DNA of 64,000 nucleotides from an uncultured delta proteobacterium (lineage in GTDB: Bacteria > Myxococcota_A > Polyangia > Fen-1088), in the NCBI GenBank assembly GCA_963755125.1, contig CAVWIP010000007.1, positions 64,001 to 128,000 on the forward strand, given 5' to 3'. The position numbers were made by a program, and so were the translations under genes. How positions within the stretch are numbered: the first letter of the stretch is position 1; each line of letters opens with the position of its first letter. Below, piece by piece: positions 21,814 through 31,396 of the stretch. The notes below the pieces were generated by a model, which worked only from the letters and a program-made list of their open reading frames with translations, had not been told where the DNA came from and did no database searches.

Positions 21814-23883
21814 TCAGTGGATCTTGGCCATTGCCAGCAGACCGGCCACAACCAGCACCACCGACACCAGCAGCTTGACGTAGTACACGTAGCAGGTGCG
21901 AGTGGTGCCCGAGGTTTGCAGCGCAAGCAACTCGACATAGGGCGTGGGCGCGCGGCGGTACCAGCCCTTGGCCACGACCTCTGCGCCCTGCAACTCGCCT
22001 CGGCGGAGCAGGCCGAACAAGAACTCCCAGATACGCAGGGGTTGGCGATAGTCGAGGAAGATGATCCCGGTATGATCTCGGATGACGAAATCTTCGCTCC
22101 AGATCAGGCCGGGCACGCCGCGGCCGATCACCGTGCCGCGCAGGGTGCAGGGCACGCCGCGCACCGCTGAAACCTTCACCTTCTTCAGCAGTCCGGCCAC
22201 GTTCAGCGACGGGAAATCGCCTGATGAGTAGCTGAACCAGGTCTTGACCAGCATGCCCGCGCCCAAACCGGCCAGGCCCAGCCAGTACAGGCGCGGCTGG
22301 CCCGCGGCCAGGCCCGCGGCTAGGCCGGCCAAACCAAGGATGAAGGGCAGAAACATCACCAGCACGTCAACCAAGAACTCATCCCAGTAGGATTCGGGCT
22401 GCTTCTCGTCGAACAGCACCATGGGCGCGATATTCATACCGGCCGCCTGGCGCGACAGGAAGTCGAGCCGGTTGGCGATGAGCGGGTGGGTCGAGTGCAA
22501 CTCGTAGAACTTGGCCCAGGGGTTCCACAGATCCCAGCGCATGGCACCCTTGAGGTGGTCGGGGTTCAGGTTGGCGCCGCCCGCAGCCACCGCCGACATG
22601 GTGAACGCGCGGGCCGCGTTGCCGTCGAAGATACCCAGCGCGCCCAGCGATTCCACGCCCGGCCGGCGCGCGCCCGTGTCCTCGCCACCGGCGCGGGCCT
22701 TCTGCTTGCCCTGGCTGGCCAGGCCGTAGCCGATCTTGACCAGGGCGCTGGCCAGCAGATTCGGGTTGCCGGTGACCCGGCCGGAGAAGTTGTCGGCGCG
22801 GTACTCGCGCGTGCGCGACAGCCAGAGTACCAGATACTCGGACACGATGTAGACGAGGTACGCGCCGATGGCGATGCCAATGCGCGCACCGGCCGACTTG
22901 CCACGCGAGCGCATCCCGATCAGCGTTCGGTACAGGTAGTAGGCAATCAGCGGCACCAGCTGCGCCGCGGTCATGATCAGCATGTCCCACTGGACCGCGT
23001 GTCCAATCTCGTGCGCCACCACCCCCTCGACCTCGTCGTCCTGCAACAGGTCGTACAGTCCTTCGGTGATCACGATGCGGGCGTTGTTGGGCGTATGTCC
23101 GTAGGTGAAGGCGTTGGGCGCGCCGTCGTGAATGACGCCGATGCGAGGGAACTTCATGCCGTGCTCGCGACACACGCGCTCGATGAACTGGCGCAGCCAG
23201 CGGGGCAACGATTGCGGGTCAACCCAGCTCGCGCTGTAGAACCAGTCGATCGAGATGTCCATGATCCACGGACCGAAGAGGAACTGCAGCGTGACCACCA
23301 CGACGCCGATCAGCACGGCGAAACCGGCCGGGATACGGCCGGTCTCGACCACGGCGATGAGCAGTGCACCCAGCAACGCGTACATCACGACCAGCAGACT
23401 GATCGAGCGCACGAACAAATTGGGCAGCGGCTTCATCCCGGCTGCGTAGGCCGCCAGTTGCGCGCGTGAGATGGAGCCGTCGGCGTTGCGCTCGACGGTC
23501 GAGCGGGTCGCGGCCTGGTCGACCGCGAGATTGAGATTGGCATCGCCGGCCGCCACCACCTGCTGCAGTTCGCCCTTGTCCAGCCACAGGCCACCCGTGT
23601 CGCTGCACATGTCGAGCTCGACGCCGAACACGCTCAGGCGCTGCATGGGCTGGCCAGTGGCCGGGCTGGCCAGGTTTCCCGGGCGCGCCGCCTTTTCGGC
23701 CCGTTGCAATTCCACGATGAGCGCCTTGGCCGAGCGGGCGAAATAGAAGATCTCTCCTTTGTCCAGCCACACCCCGCCGCAGCTCCGGCAGTGGTCGACC
23801 TCCACCCCCTGCTTGGTGAGGGCCGCGACCAAAGGCTGGCCCGCGCAGTGGGGACAGGTCATCGATCTCGACTTGTTCTCCAT
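21814..23883 (-). CDS. HtpX-like M48 zinc metalloprotease with N-terminal tandem zf-TFIIB-like domains
   Basis: PNAFTYG, AHEIGH, SRTREYRAD and STHP. N-terminal CPHC...CRSCGGVWLDKGE. Confidence 0.88.
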   Translation of the reverse strand: MENKSRSMTCPHCAGQPLVAALTKQGVEVDHCRSCGGVWLDKGEIFYFARSAKALIVELQRAEKAARPGNLASPATGQPMQRLSVFGVELDMCSDTGGLWLDKGELQQVVAAGDANLNLAVDQAATRSTVERNADGSISRAQLAAYAAGMKPLPNLFVRSISLLVVMYALLGALLIAVVETGRIPAGFAVLIGVVVVTLQFLFGPWIMDISIDWFYSASWVDPQSLPRWLRQFIERVCREHGMKFPRIGVIHDGAPNAFTYGHTPNNARIVITEGLYDLLQDDEVEGVVAHEIGHAVQWDMLIMTAAQLVPLIAYYLYRTLIGMRSRGKSAGARIGIAIGAYLVYIVSEYLVLWLSRTREYRADNFSGRVTGNPNLLASALVKIGYGLASQGKQKARAGGEDTGARRPGVESLGALGIFDGNAARAFTMSAVAAGGANLNPDHLKGAMRWDLWNPWAKFYELHSTHPLIANRLDFLSRQAAGMNIAPMVLFDEKQPESYWDEFLVDVLVMFLPFILGLAGLAAGLAAGQPRLYWLGLAGLGAGMLVKTWFSYSSGDFPSLNVAGLLKKVKVSAVRGVPCTLRGTVIGRGVPGLIWSEDFVIRDHTGIIFLDYRQPLRIWEFLFGLLRRGELQGAEVVAKGWYRRAPTPYVELLALQTSGTTRTCYVYYVKLLVSVVLVVAGLLAMAKIH

Positions 23884-24001
23884 CGTGGTTCCCCCGGCGA
23901 AACGACAACCGTCGCATTGTTCCACGCGCCCTCCGGGCACACAAGGCAGGGGCCAGTCTGGGCGCTGCACCCTGCGAGACGTGTCGGAGTCGAGCCTGTG
24001 A

Positions 24002-26527
24002 GTGGACCAAGGATCTCCTGGTTGGGCCGGCGTGACTGGCCCAACTGACAGCGGCCTGGGCGGGGCGCGATGGCGTAGACTGCGTGCCGTGGTCGCGACA
24101 GGCCCTTCAGCACGCGGCGGCGGCTGGCTCCGCTTGGCGAACCCGCTGCGGCGGTTTCGCCGGCGTGGCGAGACCGGGAGCGATGCCTGTCCCACGCGTC
24201 GGGGGCCCGATAACCCGCTGGCAATCGCTTGCGCAATGCTGGTCGGGTTTCTCGCCTTGCTCTACGCGCCCCTGTTTTTCGGTCGGGTGCTTTACCAGCG
24301 GGACCTGTCGTGGTGGATCCTCCCGGCACGGGCCTTCGTTCGCAATGCGCTCGCCGGCGGCTACGCGCCGACGTGGAATCCCTTTGTCGGACTGGGTTTG
24401 CCCGTCTTGGCCAATCCGCTCTTCGGCCTCTTCTATCCGCCCAATCTGCTCCACCTGGTCGGCCCGCTGGCGTGGATGGTGACCGCGGTTCTCTGGCTGC
24501 ATCTCGTGTTCGGCGCAGTCGGAATGTTGCTGCTGGCCCGGCGATTCGTCTCACATCCCGTCGCTGCGCTGCTGGCCGGGCTGGCCTGGGCGGCCAGCGG
24601 CTTTGCCACATCGATGTGGACATTCGGCATCCAGATTGCGGCCTACGCGTGGACGCCCTGGTGCGGAATCGGCTTCATCGCGCTGCTTCGGGCCTTCGAC
24701 GATCCCGGCCGCAGCCGAGCCGGCGCCCTGCTGCGCGGCGCCCTGCCCGTGGCTGCCGCGCTGTTACTCGGCGATCCCTTTCTCGCCATTCTCAATGTGG
24801 GCTTTGGCCTGGCGGTGACGCTGGTCTGGCGGTACGGCCAGCCCGCCGATCATCCCGCCGTGGCCAGCTTCGCGCCAGGGCGCGTGGTGGCGGGAGCGCT
24901 CGCGGGAGTGCTGATCCTGGCAGTGGCGCTGGCCGCGGTTTCGTGGCTGCCCACGGCGTGGAATCTGTCCGGTACCGAGCGCAACCAGGCCCTGCTCTCG
25001 TCGGTGGCGGAGCAGGCCTCGTTGCATCCATTGCGCACCTTGGAACTGGTGGCCGCCGACAGCATGCGCGCTGCTTTCGAGTTGCAGCCCGAGCGCGTCG
25101 GCAGAATGCTGGGTGGCTTGCAGCCGCTCACCACCAGCGTGTACGCCGGTGGTTCGGTCCTCGCATTGGCGCTGCTTGCGTTCGGCCGGCGGCGCAGGCA
25201 GGCGTGGATCCTCGCTGGCCTGGCGGGACTGGCATGGCTGCTCGCCATGGGCCACTACACGCCGGTACACCAGGCGCTGCGCAGGCTGGTGCCACCGCTG
25301 GCGTTCATGCGCTACCCGGAGAAGTATCTGGTGCTGCTCTTTGGGTTCATCGCGCTGCTCGCGGCCATGGGCGCGCAGCGCTTCCTCGAGCAGCAGCAGC
25401 GCCGGAGTATTTGGAAGCGGGTGGCAGGGTTGCTTGTGTTCGAGGCGCTGCTCTTTCCGCTCGCGCTGTGGGTGCTGCCGCGCGACCTGGTGCCGGCTGC
25501 CTGGCGCGGTCTGGCCCAGGGACTCTTGGCCACATTGTTGGTCGGGCTGCTGACCACGCTTCGCCCTGGCTGGCCAGCGGTGGTGCTGCTGGTGGCGACT
25601 ATCGCCGTCGATCTCGGGCTGGGCGCGTTCCCCCTTTTGCGCTGGTCGACGGCGCAGCGGCTGGCCGAAAAGCCGCCCATGGCTGTCGCCATCTTGGACA
25701 CCGCCGCGCGTGCGCCTGCACCCCCGAGGCTGTACCGCTCGCCCAGGCTGTCCGAGACGATGCGGCGCTATCTTCCGCGCGACCAGCCGGTCACCAGCGT
25801 CACTTTGCACGACAACTTCTCCGTGATCTTCGGCATCGCGATCCTTCCCGGCTACGACGCCGCACTGTCACCCGCCCTCGGCCGACTGCTCTCCATGGGC
25901 CGAAATCAGACGCTACGTCTCATCGGCGCCGAATTCGCCCTGCTGCCCATGGACGATCCAGCGCGCAACCTGCCCGCGCGTCCCGAACTCGAGCCGCTGC
26001 TCGATCCAGTGCCAGGCGCGCGCCTCTACCGGGTGCCCAACGTGTTGCCCCGGGTGTACCTAGCGCCCGAGGCCGTGGTGGCGGACGACAACCAGGCTCT
26101 GCGCGAAGTCGCCGAACCGCCGGTGCTCGACGGTCGGCGGGTCATCCTGGCACCGGGATCTGGTGCCCAGGCGCGGGTTCCGACCCCCGCGACGCGTGGC
26201 AACTGCTCACTCGAAGCTTTCGCGCCGGCGAACATCGAAGCGACCTGCGAGGGCGAAAGCGCGGGATTCGCAGTCTTCCTCGAACAGCACGCGTCGGGAT
26301 GGACCGCGACCGTCGACGGGATGCCGGCGCCCGTGCTGCGAGCGAATCTGGTCATGCGCGCGGTGCCAGTGACGGCCGGACGTCACCGGATCGCACTTCG
26401 CTACTGGCCCGATGGGCTCGCCGCAGGCCTGGGTGTTTCCGCAGCGGGTCTCGCTGCTTGCCTCGTGTTCCTGCTCGCGCCTCGACTCCGCGGTCGCCGG
26501 CGGGGCAGCCCTTTGGCCGGTACGTGA
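24002..26527 (+). CDS. YfhO-family (GT-C-like) membrane protein; start uncertain (possibly 24236)
   Basis: PTWNPFVGLGLPVLANP...FYPPN, RYPEKY and C-terminal GWTATVDG...RANLVMRAVPVTAGRHRIALRY. Confidence 0.8.
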   Translation: MDQGSPGWAGVTGPTDSGLGGARWRRLRAVVATGPSARGGGWLRLANPLRRFRRRGETGSDACPTRRGPDNPLAIACAMLVGFLALLYAPLFFGRVLYQRDLSWWILPARAFVRNALAGGYAPTWNPFVGLGLPVLANPLFGLFYPPNLLHLVGPLAWMVTAVLWLHLVFGAVGMLLLARRFVSHPVAALLAGLAWAASGFATSMWTFGIQIAAYAWTPWCGIGFIALLRAFDDPGRSRAGALLRGALPVAAALLLGDPFLAILNVGFGLAVTLVWRYGQPADHPAVASFAPGRVVAGALAGVLILAVALAAVSWLPTAWNLSGTERNQALLSSVAEQASLHPLRTLELVAADSMRAAFELQPERVGRMLGGLQPLTTSVYAGGSVLALALLAFGRRRRQAWILAGLAGLAWLLAMGHYTPVHQALRRLVPPLAFMRYPEKYLVLLFGFIALLAAMGAQRFLEQQQRRSIWKRVAGLLVFEALLFPLALWVLPRDLVPAAWRGLAQGLLATLLVGLLTTLRPGWPAVVLLVATIAVDLGLGAFPLLRWSTAQRLAEKPPMAVAILDTAARAPAPPRLYRSPRLSETMRRYLPRDQPVTSVTLHDNFSVIFGIAILPGYDAALSPALGRLLSMGRNQTLRLIGAEFALLPMDDPARNLPARPELEPLLDPVPGARLYRVPNVLPRVYLAPEAVVADDNQALREVAEPPVLDGRRVILAPGSGAQARVPTPATRGNCSLEAFAPANIEATCEGESAGFAVFLEQHASGWTATVDGMPAPVLRANLVMRAVPVTAGRHRIALRYWPDGLAAGLGVSAAGLAACLVFLLAPRLRGRRRGSPLAGT

Positions 26528-26626
26528 CCTCCTCAATCGTGGATGGCCACCGCAGATCCTGCGGGCCTGCGCCCGGATCTCCAAGAAACGGGTGCTTGCC
26601 CCCTGCGGTCGGGCAGTGTTAGTCGG

Positions 26627-27712
26627 ATGGACGTGACCACGATCTCGGTTCCGCTCGGCCCAAGGAGCTACGACGTCTGCATCGCGCCCGCAGACGCGAC
26701 CGACACGGCGAAGAAGATCGCCGCGGCACTGGGCAAGCCCACCGGGGTGGCCGCGCTGGTGGACAGCCGGCTAGGCCAGCTATCGCCGCGCGTGCAGCCG
26801 TTGATCGACGCTCTTGCCGCACACCTGCCCGGCGTCCGGCGCCTGGATCTTCCAGCCGGTGAATCTTGCAAGAGCCTCGCGGCCATCGAGCACACCTGTG
26901 GTTGGCTGGCCGACAACGGCTACGATCGCGGCGCTGCGCTGGTGGGCATCGGGGGCGGCGCCACCAGCGACCACACCGGCTTTGCCGCTTCCATCTACCT
27001 GCGCGGGATCGCGTACGCCACTTGCCCCACCACCTTGCTGGCCATGGTGGACGCATCGGTGGGGGGAAAAACCGGGGTGGACATCGCCGCGGGCAAGAAT
27101 CTGGTCGGCGCCTTTCACCAGCCGCGCGCAGTAGTGGCCGATCCAGCGTTCCTCGATTCGTTGCCTAGCCGCGAGATCGCGGCCGGGATGGCCGAGGCGG
27201 TCAAGGCCGGGCTCATCGCCGACCCAGCCCTGCTCGACACGCTGGAGGCGCAGGCCGGCGCGGCCATTCCAGCCGCCGCGCTGGCGAAGATCATCGAGGC
27301 TGCGGTGCGGGTCAAGGTGGACGTGGTGGTTGCCGACGAGCGCGAGAGCGGCCGGCGCGCGATCCTGAACTTCGGGCACACCGTCGGCCACGCCATCGAG
27401 GCAGCATCCGCCTTCCAGCTTCTGCACGGCGAGGCCGTCTCGCTCGGGATGATTGCGGCTCTAGCCCTGGGTGTCGCTTGCGGCGTGACCGAACCCGGTC
27501 TGCTCGCGCGCACGACAGCGCTGCTGGCGCGTCTAGGTCTGCCGGTGGACGTGAAGCACCGGCTTACCGCGGATGTGCTCGACCGCGTGGAAGTCGACAA
27601 GAAGCGCGTATCCGACACCGTCCGATTCGTCCTGGTACCGTGTCCCGGCCAAGTCATCATCCAGGGAATCGCCCTGGACGAGCTGAAGCGGCAGCTTGTT
27701 GCTGCAGTGTAG
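26627..27712 (+). CDS. aroB: 3-dehydroquinate synthase
   Basis: GESCKS, IGGGATSD, PTTLLAMVDASVGGKTG, KNLVGAFHQP, LNFGHTVGHAIE and HGEAV. Confidence 0.97.
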   Translation: MDVTTISVPLGPRSYDVCIAPADATDTAKKIAAALGKPTGVAALVDSRLGQLSPRVQPLIDALAAHLPGVRRLDLPAGESCKSLAAIEHTCGWLADNGYDRGAALVGIGGGATSDHTGFAASIYLRGIAYATCPTTLLAMVDASVGGKTGVDIAAGKNLVGAFHQPRAVVADPAFLDSLPSREIAAGMAEAVKAGLIADPALLDTLEAQAGAAIPAAALAKIIEAAVRVKVDVVVADERESGRRAILNFGHTVGHAIEAASAFQLLHGEAVSLGMIAALALGVACGVTEPGLLARTTALLARLGLPVDVKHRLTADVLDRVEVDKKRVSDTVRFVLVPCPGQVIIQGIALDELKRQLVAAV

Positions 27713-27779
27713 CATCGCGTTTGCCACTCGCGCCATGCAGAAAGTAGTCGCCAAACCTACATGTAATACAATCGGCTGT

Positions 27780-28370
27780 ATGACACTGCGCGGTTTCAGT
27801 CAAGTCTCCTTCATCGGCCTCTTGCTTCTGGCTGTTCAAGGCTGCGCAACCACCACGACTGAAACCTGGCAAGTCCGGCCGCCGGTCGTGCGCGCATCGT
27901 CGAGCGGACCGCCGCCAGGTCTGTTCGGCCAGAGACGGCGTGCCGGGCCCGATCACTCGAACACAGCGGTGGGCGTGGTGGAACGGTCGCTGCACGAGCG
28001 CGGAATCCGTTTCGGCACCGACGGTACGGCCGCCTCTCTGTATCAGTTCCTGCACGCGCAGTATCCCGAGGTCCAGGCCAGCGAGGCGCGTGCCGGCGAC
28101 GTGCTGTTCTTCGACCTGGGCGATGGTTCGGGCTGTGGCGGCCACACCGGTCTGGTCGACCTGGTCGACAGCGGGGGTCGGCTCATCTTTCTCGAATGGC
28201 GCGACGGCGGCGCCCGCCGCAGTTACGTCCATCCCGGCCAGCCGCACACCAGGCGCGCTGGAGCGCAAATCATGAACACTTTCCTGCGGGTCAAGCTGCC
28301 TGACGATCCCCCATCCGCCCGTTATTTCGCCGGTGAACTCCTGTGTTCGGTGGTGCGGCCGCAGCCGTAA
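27780..28370 (+). CDS. Lipoprotein with CHAP/NlpC-P60-like domain lacking the catalytic Cys
   Basis: Lipobox VQGC. AGDVLFFD...HTGLV matches the NlpC/CHAP C-terminal half. No DCSG motif. Confidence 0.6.
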   Translation: MTLRGFSQVSFIGLLLLAVQGCATTTTETWQVRPPVVRASSSGPPPGLFGQRRRAGPDHSNTAVGVVERSLHERGIRFGTDGTAASLYQFLHAQYPEVQASEARAGDVLFFDLGDGSGCGGHTGLVDLVDSGGRLIFLEWRDGGARRSYVHPGQPHTRRAGAQIMNTFLRVKLPDDPPSARYFAGELLCSVVRPQP

Positions 28371-28375
28371 AAAAC

Positions 28376-28404
28376 TTGCCCCCTTTTTCGGTCGGCGCTA
28401 TCCA
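28376..28404 (+). promoter_or_regulatory. sigma70-type promoter, 6 nt upstream of ATG 28411
   Basis: TTGCCC-17 nt-TATCCA. Confidence 0.45.
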
Positions 28405-28410
28405 ACTAGC

Positions 28411-28920
28411 ATGAGCATCGAGGTCGAGCGAGCCACTGTAACCTGCAATGCCTGCGGCGCCCAGGTCACCGAGTTGCGTCGCGGGCGGTGCTGGGCTTGC
28501 TACATGAAGTGGGCCGAAATGCGGCCAGTCCCTCGGGGTGCCATCTGCGCTTTGTGCACCGATCGCCGCCGCGAGCACCTGCGCCTGGTCGAGCTGTGCG
28601 GGCGCTCGGTTTCGCTCTGTCACCTGTGCGCCGCGCGTGTGCACAAGATGGCCGACGTCCCGCTGACGCTGGACGAGTTGCGCAGTTCACTTCGTCGCGA
28701 CCGCCGCAAGACCGAGCGTCGCGAGGGAGGTCTCGATCGGCGCGTTTTCCCGCGCGAAAGGCGCGTCGGTGATCGGCGTTCTCCACCGCGGGATCTGGCG
28801 CGCAACGCGAGCGGGGCGGGCGAGGCGCTGCCCGACTTCAGCGATCTGGAAATCGTCGTCGGGGACGAGGACATCGAGGAAATCGAGCAGACCCTGGTGC
28901 GCGAACAACCACGGAAATGA
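28411..28920 (+). CDS. Hypothetical protein with four CxxC pairs, Arg-rich (D/E)RR repeats and acidic tail
   Basis: CNAC, CWAC, CALC and CHLC; DRRKTERREGGLDRRVFPRERRVGDRR. Confidence 0.75.
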   Translation: MSIEVERATVTCNACGAQVTELRRGRCWACYMKWAEMRPVPRGAICALCTDRRREHLRLVELCGRSVSLCHLCAARVHKMADVPLTLDELRSSLRRDRRKTERREGGLDRRVFPRERRVGDRRSPPRDLARNASGAGEALPDFSDLEIVVGDEDIEEIEQTLVREQPRK

Positions 28921-28924
28921 TGGG

Positions 28925-29323
28925 CTACCGCCCCGGCAACTCGATCTTCCATTCGCGGCCTTCGCGCGCCAACGACAGCGTGTGGCGATCGCCCGTCGCT
29001 GAGTAGACCTCGACCTCGGCGCTGTCCCGGTCGCGGCGCAGAACCCGCGTTCCGGCCGGTTCCCAGGCCGGCGGCGCCCAGCCCACGGACAGGAAGTCTT
29101 CCGACTTCATCATCATGCGGCCGCTCAGGCGCCGACTGGTGCTCTGCAGGGATTCGATGCGCGCCCTGGTGGCAGGCCCCAGTCGCTGGAACACGCTGCT
29201 GCGATCTCCGGTGCGAGCCGCGGCGATGAACAGTCGCACGGCTCCCTCGGGGTTCTCTGGTCCATCGCCCGCAGAACAGCTGGCGAGAAGCAAGAACGCA
29301 ACCCAGAGTGCAGCGCGGGACAT
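28925..29323 (-). CDS. Hypothetical lipoprotein (possibly NTF2-like fold)
   Basis: Lipobox LASC, PEGAVRLF and C-terminal REGREWKI. Directly downstream of trpS. Confidence 0.7.
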   Translation of the reverse strand: MSRAALWVAFLLLASCSAGDGPENPEGAVRLFIAAARTGDRSSVFQRLGPATRARIESLQSTSRRLSGRMMMKSEDFLSVGWAPPAWEPAGTRVLRRDRDSAEVEVYSATGDRHTLSLAREGREWKIELPGR

Positions 29324-29332
29324 CGAAGGGTG

Positions 29333-30337
29333 TCAGTCCTTGGTGCCCATGATGCCCAAGCGCTGGCGCACGCGCGCCATGGTTTCCGCGGCCACGATGC
29401 GCGCGCGGCGCGCGCCCTCGGCCAAGATGGTGTCGACCGTCTGGGGGGTTGCCAGAAGTTCTTCACGTCGCGCGCGGATGCGGTGCAGATCCGACTTCAC
29501 CCCCTCGAAGAGCCATCTCTTGCAGTCGATGCAGCCGATGCCCGCGCTGGTGCAGCCCGCGCGCACTTCGGCCTGGCGCTCGGCCGACGAGAAGAACTTG
29601 TGCAAGGTGAAGATGTTGCACTTGTCGGGGTCGCCCGGATCCGTGCGCCGCTTGCGCGCGGGATCCGTCGCGGCGGTGCGCAGCTTGTCCCAGGCCGCCT
29701 CGTCGGGATCGCGCAGGGAAATGGTGTTGCCCAGGCTCTTGGACATCTTGGCCTGCCCGTCCAGGCCGAGGATCTTGGGCGTGGACGAGTACAACGCCTC
29801 GGGCTCGGCAAAGGTCTGGCCGAAACGCGCATTCCACTTGCGCACGATCTCACGCGCCAACTCCAGGTGCTGGCGCTGGTCCTCGCCCACGGGCACGCGC
29901 GTGGCCCCATAGATGAGGATGTCCGCGGCCATCAGGACAGGGTAGGTGAAGATCCCGGCGTTGACGTTGTCCGGGTCTTTCGCAGACTTTTCCTTGAACT
30001 GGGTCATGCGCCCGAGCTCGCCAAAAGGCGTGACCGCGGAAAGCGCCCAGGCCAGCTCGGTATGCTCGGGAACCGCGGATTGCACGAAGAGGGTCGACTT
30101 CGCAGGATCGATGCCGCAGGCAAGCAGATCCGTGGCCATTTCGTGCACCCGGCGTGGCATCTCAGCGGGTTCAAATGGCTGGGTGATGGCGTGGTAGTCG
30201 ACCACGCAGAAGAAGCAGCGGTAGTTGTCCTGGAGCGCGACCCAGTTGCGCACGGCTCCCAGATAGTTTCCCAGGTGCAGCTCGCCCGAGGGCTGGATGC
30301 CGGAAAAGATGGTTTCACGCGAAGTCGAGGGGCTCAT
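29333..30337 (-). CDS. trpS: Tryptophan--tRNA ligase
   Basis: FSGIQPSGELHLGNY, YPVLMAADIL, VPVGEDQRQHLEL and KMSKS. Confidence 0.98.
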   Translation of the reverse strand: MSPSTSRETIFSGIQPSGELHLGNYLGAVRNWVALQDNYRCFFCVVDYHAITQPFEPAEMPRRVHEMATDLLACGIDPAKSTLFVQSAVPEHTELAWALSAVTPFGELGRMTQFKEKSAKDPDNVNAGIFTYPVLMAADILIYGATRVPVGEDQRQHLELAREIVRKWNARFGQTFAEPEALYSSTPKILGLDGQAKMSKSLGNTISLRDPDEAAWDKLRTAATDPARKRRTDPGDPDKCNIFTLHKFFSSAERQAEVRAGCTSAGIGCIDCKRWLFEGVKSDLHRIRARREELLATPQTVDTILAEGARRARIVAAETMARVRQRLGIMGTKD

Positions 30338-30348
30338 GGTTCACGCCG

Positions 30349-30377
30349 GTTGTAGTCGGCGTCCCACTGACGGTCAA
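30349..30377 (-). promoter_or_regulatory. sigma70-type promoter of trpS
   Basis: Minus strand TTGACC-17 nt-TACAAC. Confidence 0.5.
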
Positions 30378-30511
30378 GGGCGGCAAGCGCAAATCCCAGC
30401 GTAGTGGCCGCATGCGATGGCCCAGCCGCGCCGCTCTGCGTGCGCCATCGCGGACGTTGCTCCTTGGTGAATAGAGGACTAGCCTGACAGGTCATACGTG
30501 AGGAGGACCAC

Positions 30512-31312
30512 ATGAAGCGCGCCGTAGCTTGGGTGCCTATTCTCGCCGGTCTGGCTTTGGCCGGCTGTTTTCCGGCCACCGTAGGCGTGTCCGTACCGGT
30601 AGGGCCGGGGCCTGATGAGATGCCTCCCCCTCCGCCTGCCCCACCTCCTGCCTACGCGGAACCCGAAGCGCAGGTGTACGTCGCCAACCAGCCGCCGCCG
30701 CCGCCAATGGAATACCCGCCGCCAGCACCGGGGCCTGGCTATGCCTGGATCGGGGGCTACTGGGACTGGACGGGCGCCGATTGGTTCTGGGTTGGCGGCA
30801 CCTGGACGCCGGCGCGCCCTGGCTACATGTACGTGGGGCCCCGCTACGTGGTGATCGGCGGGCGCCCTGTCTATGAGCGCGGCTACTGGCACGACCGTGA
30901 GGGTCGCCGTGACTATTACTACGGGCGACCAGCCAACGCGTATCGTGGATCGCCGCCACCGGGTCGCCCAGGTGTGTACGCCAGTCCGCCGCCAGCGCCT
31001 GGTCATCACCCCGGGGCCGTGTACGCCAGTCCGCCGCCGGGGCCTGGCCACCAGCCCGCGTACGGCAGTCCGCCGCCAGGGCCTGGCCACCAGCCCGCGC
31101 AGGGCGGCCCAGCCTCACCCGCGCCGTTCGCGCCACATCAGGGCTGGCGAGGCAATTCTACCGGCTCACCACCTCCGCCAGCAGCGCATGCGCCCACAGC
31201 GGCTCCATCCCCTCAGCCCAGCCAGACACGCGCCTCACCGCCACCTGCCGGCAAGCCGACCGGCGCGCGGCCTGCGGCGCCTCGTCGAGGCCATGAGAAG
31301 GGCGAAAAATAG
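30512..31312 (+). CDS. Proline-rich lipoprotein with YxWxxGxW (WXXGXW) repeats
   Basis: Lipobox LAGC and GYAWIGGYWDW...WVGGTW. Clear SD GAGGAGG. Confidence 0.85.
   Translation: MKRAVAWVPILAGLALAGCFPATVGVSVPVGPGPDEMPPPPPAPPPAYAEPEAQVYVANQPPPPPMEYPPPAPGPGYAWIGGYWDWTGADWFWVGGTWTPARPGYMYVGPRYVVIGGRPVYERGYWHDREGRRDYYYGRPANAYRGSPPPGRPGVYASPPPAPGHHPGAVYASPPPGPGHQPAYGSPPPGPGHQPAQGGPASPAPFAPHQGWRGNSTGSPPPPAAHAPTAAPSPQPSQTRASPPPAGKPTGARPAAPRRGHEKGEK
30976..31099. repeat. Intragenic imperfect tandem repeat, 3 units of 39-45 bp (Y[A/G]SPPPxPGHxP)
   Basis: GTACG(C/G)CAGTCCGCCGCC at 30976, 31021 and 31060. Confidence 0.85.
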
Positions 31313-31396
31313 CGCGGCCAAGACGGGCGCGAGCCCGCGCGCCGGTGCTACGCGAGGTTGCTGTCGGCAAGCGGCGTGAGGCGAGAGCGGCAACCG

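Noticed and set aside
24229..26622. 797-aa alternative-frame ORF and many other long overlapping or antisense ORFs (for example 3325-4809, 55308-56924, and the 5' part of 18372-19901)
   Set aside because: They are Arg/Ala/Pro-rich shadows of real genes, expected from stop-codon scarcity at high GC, and carry no motifs.
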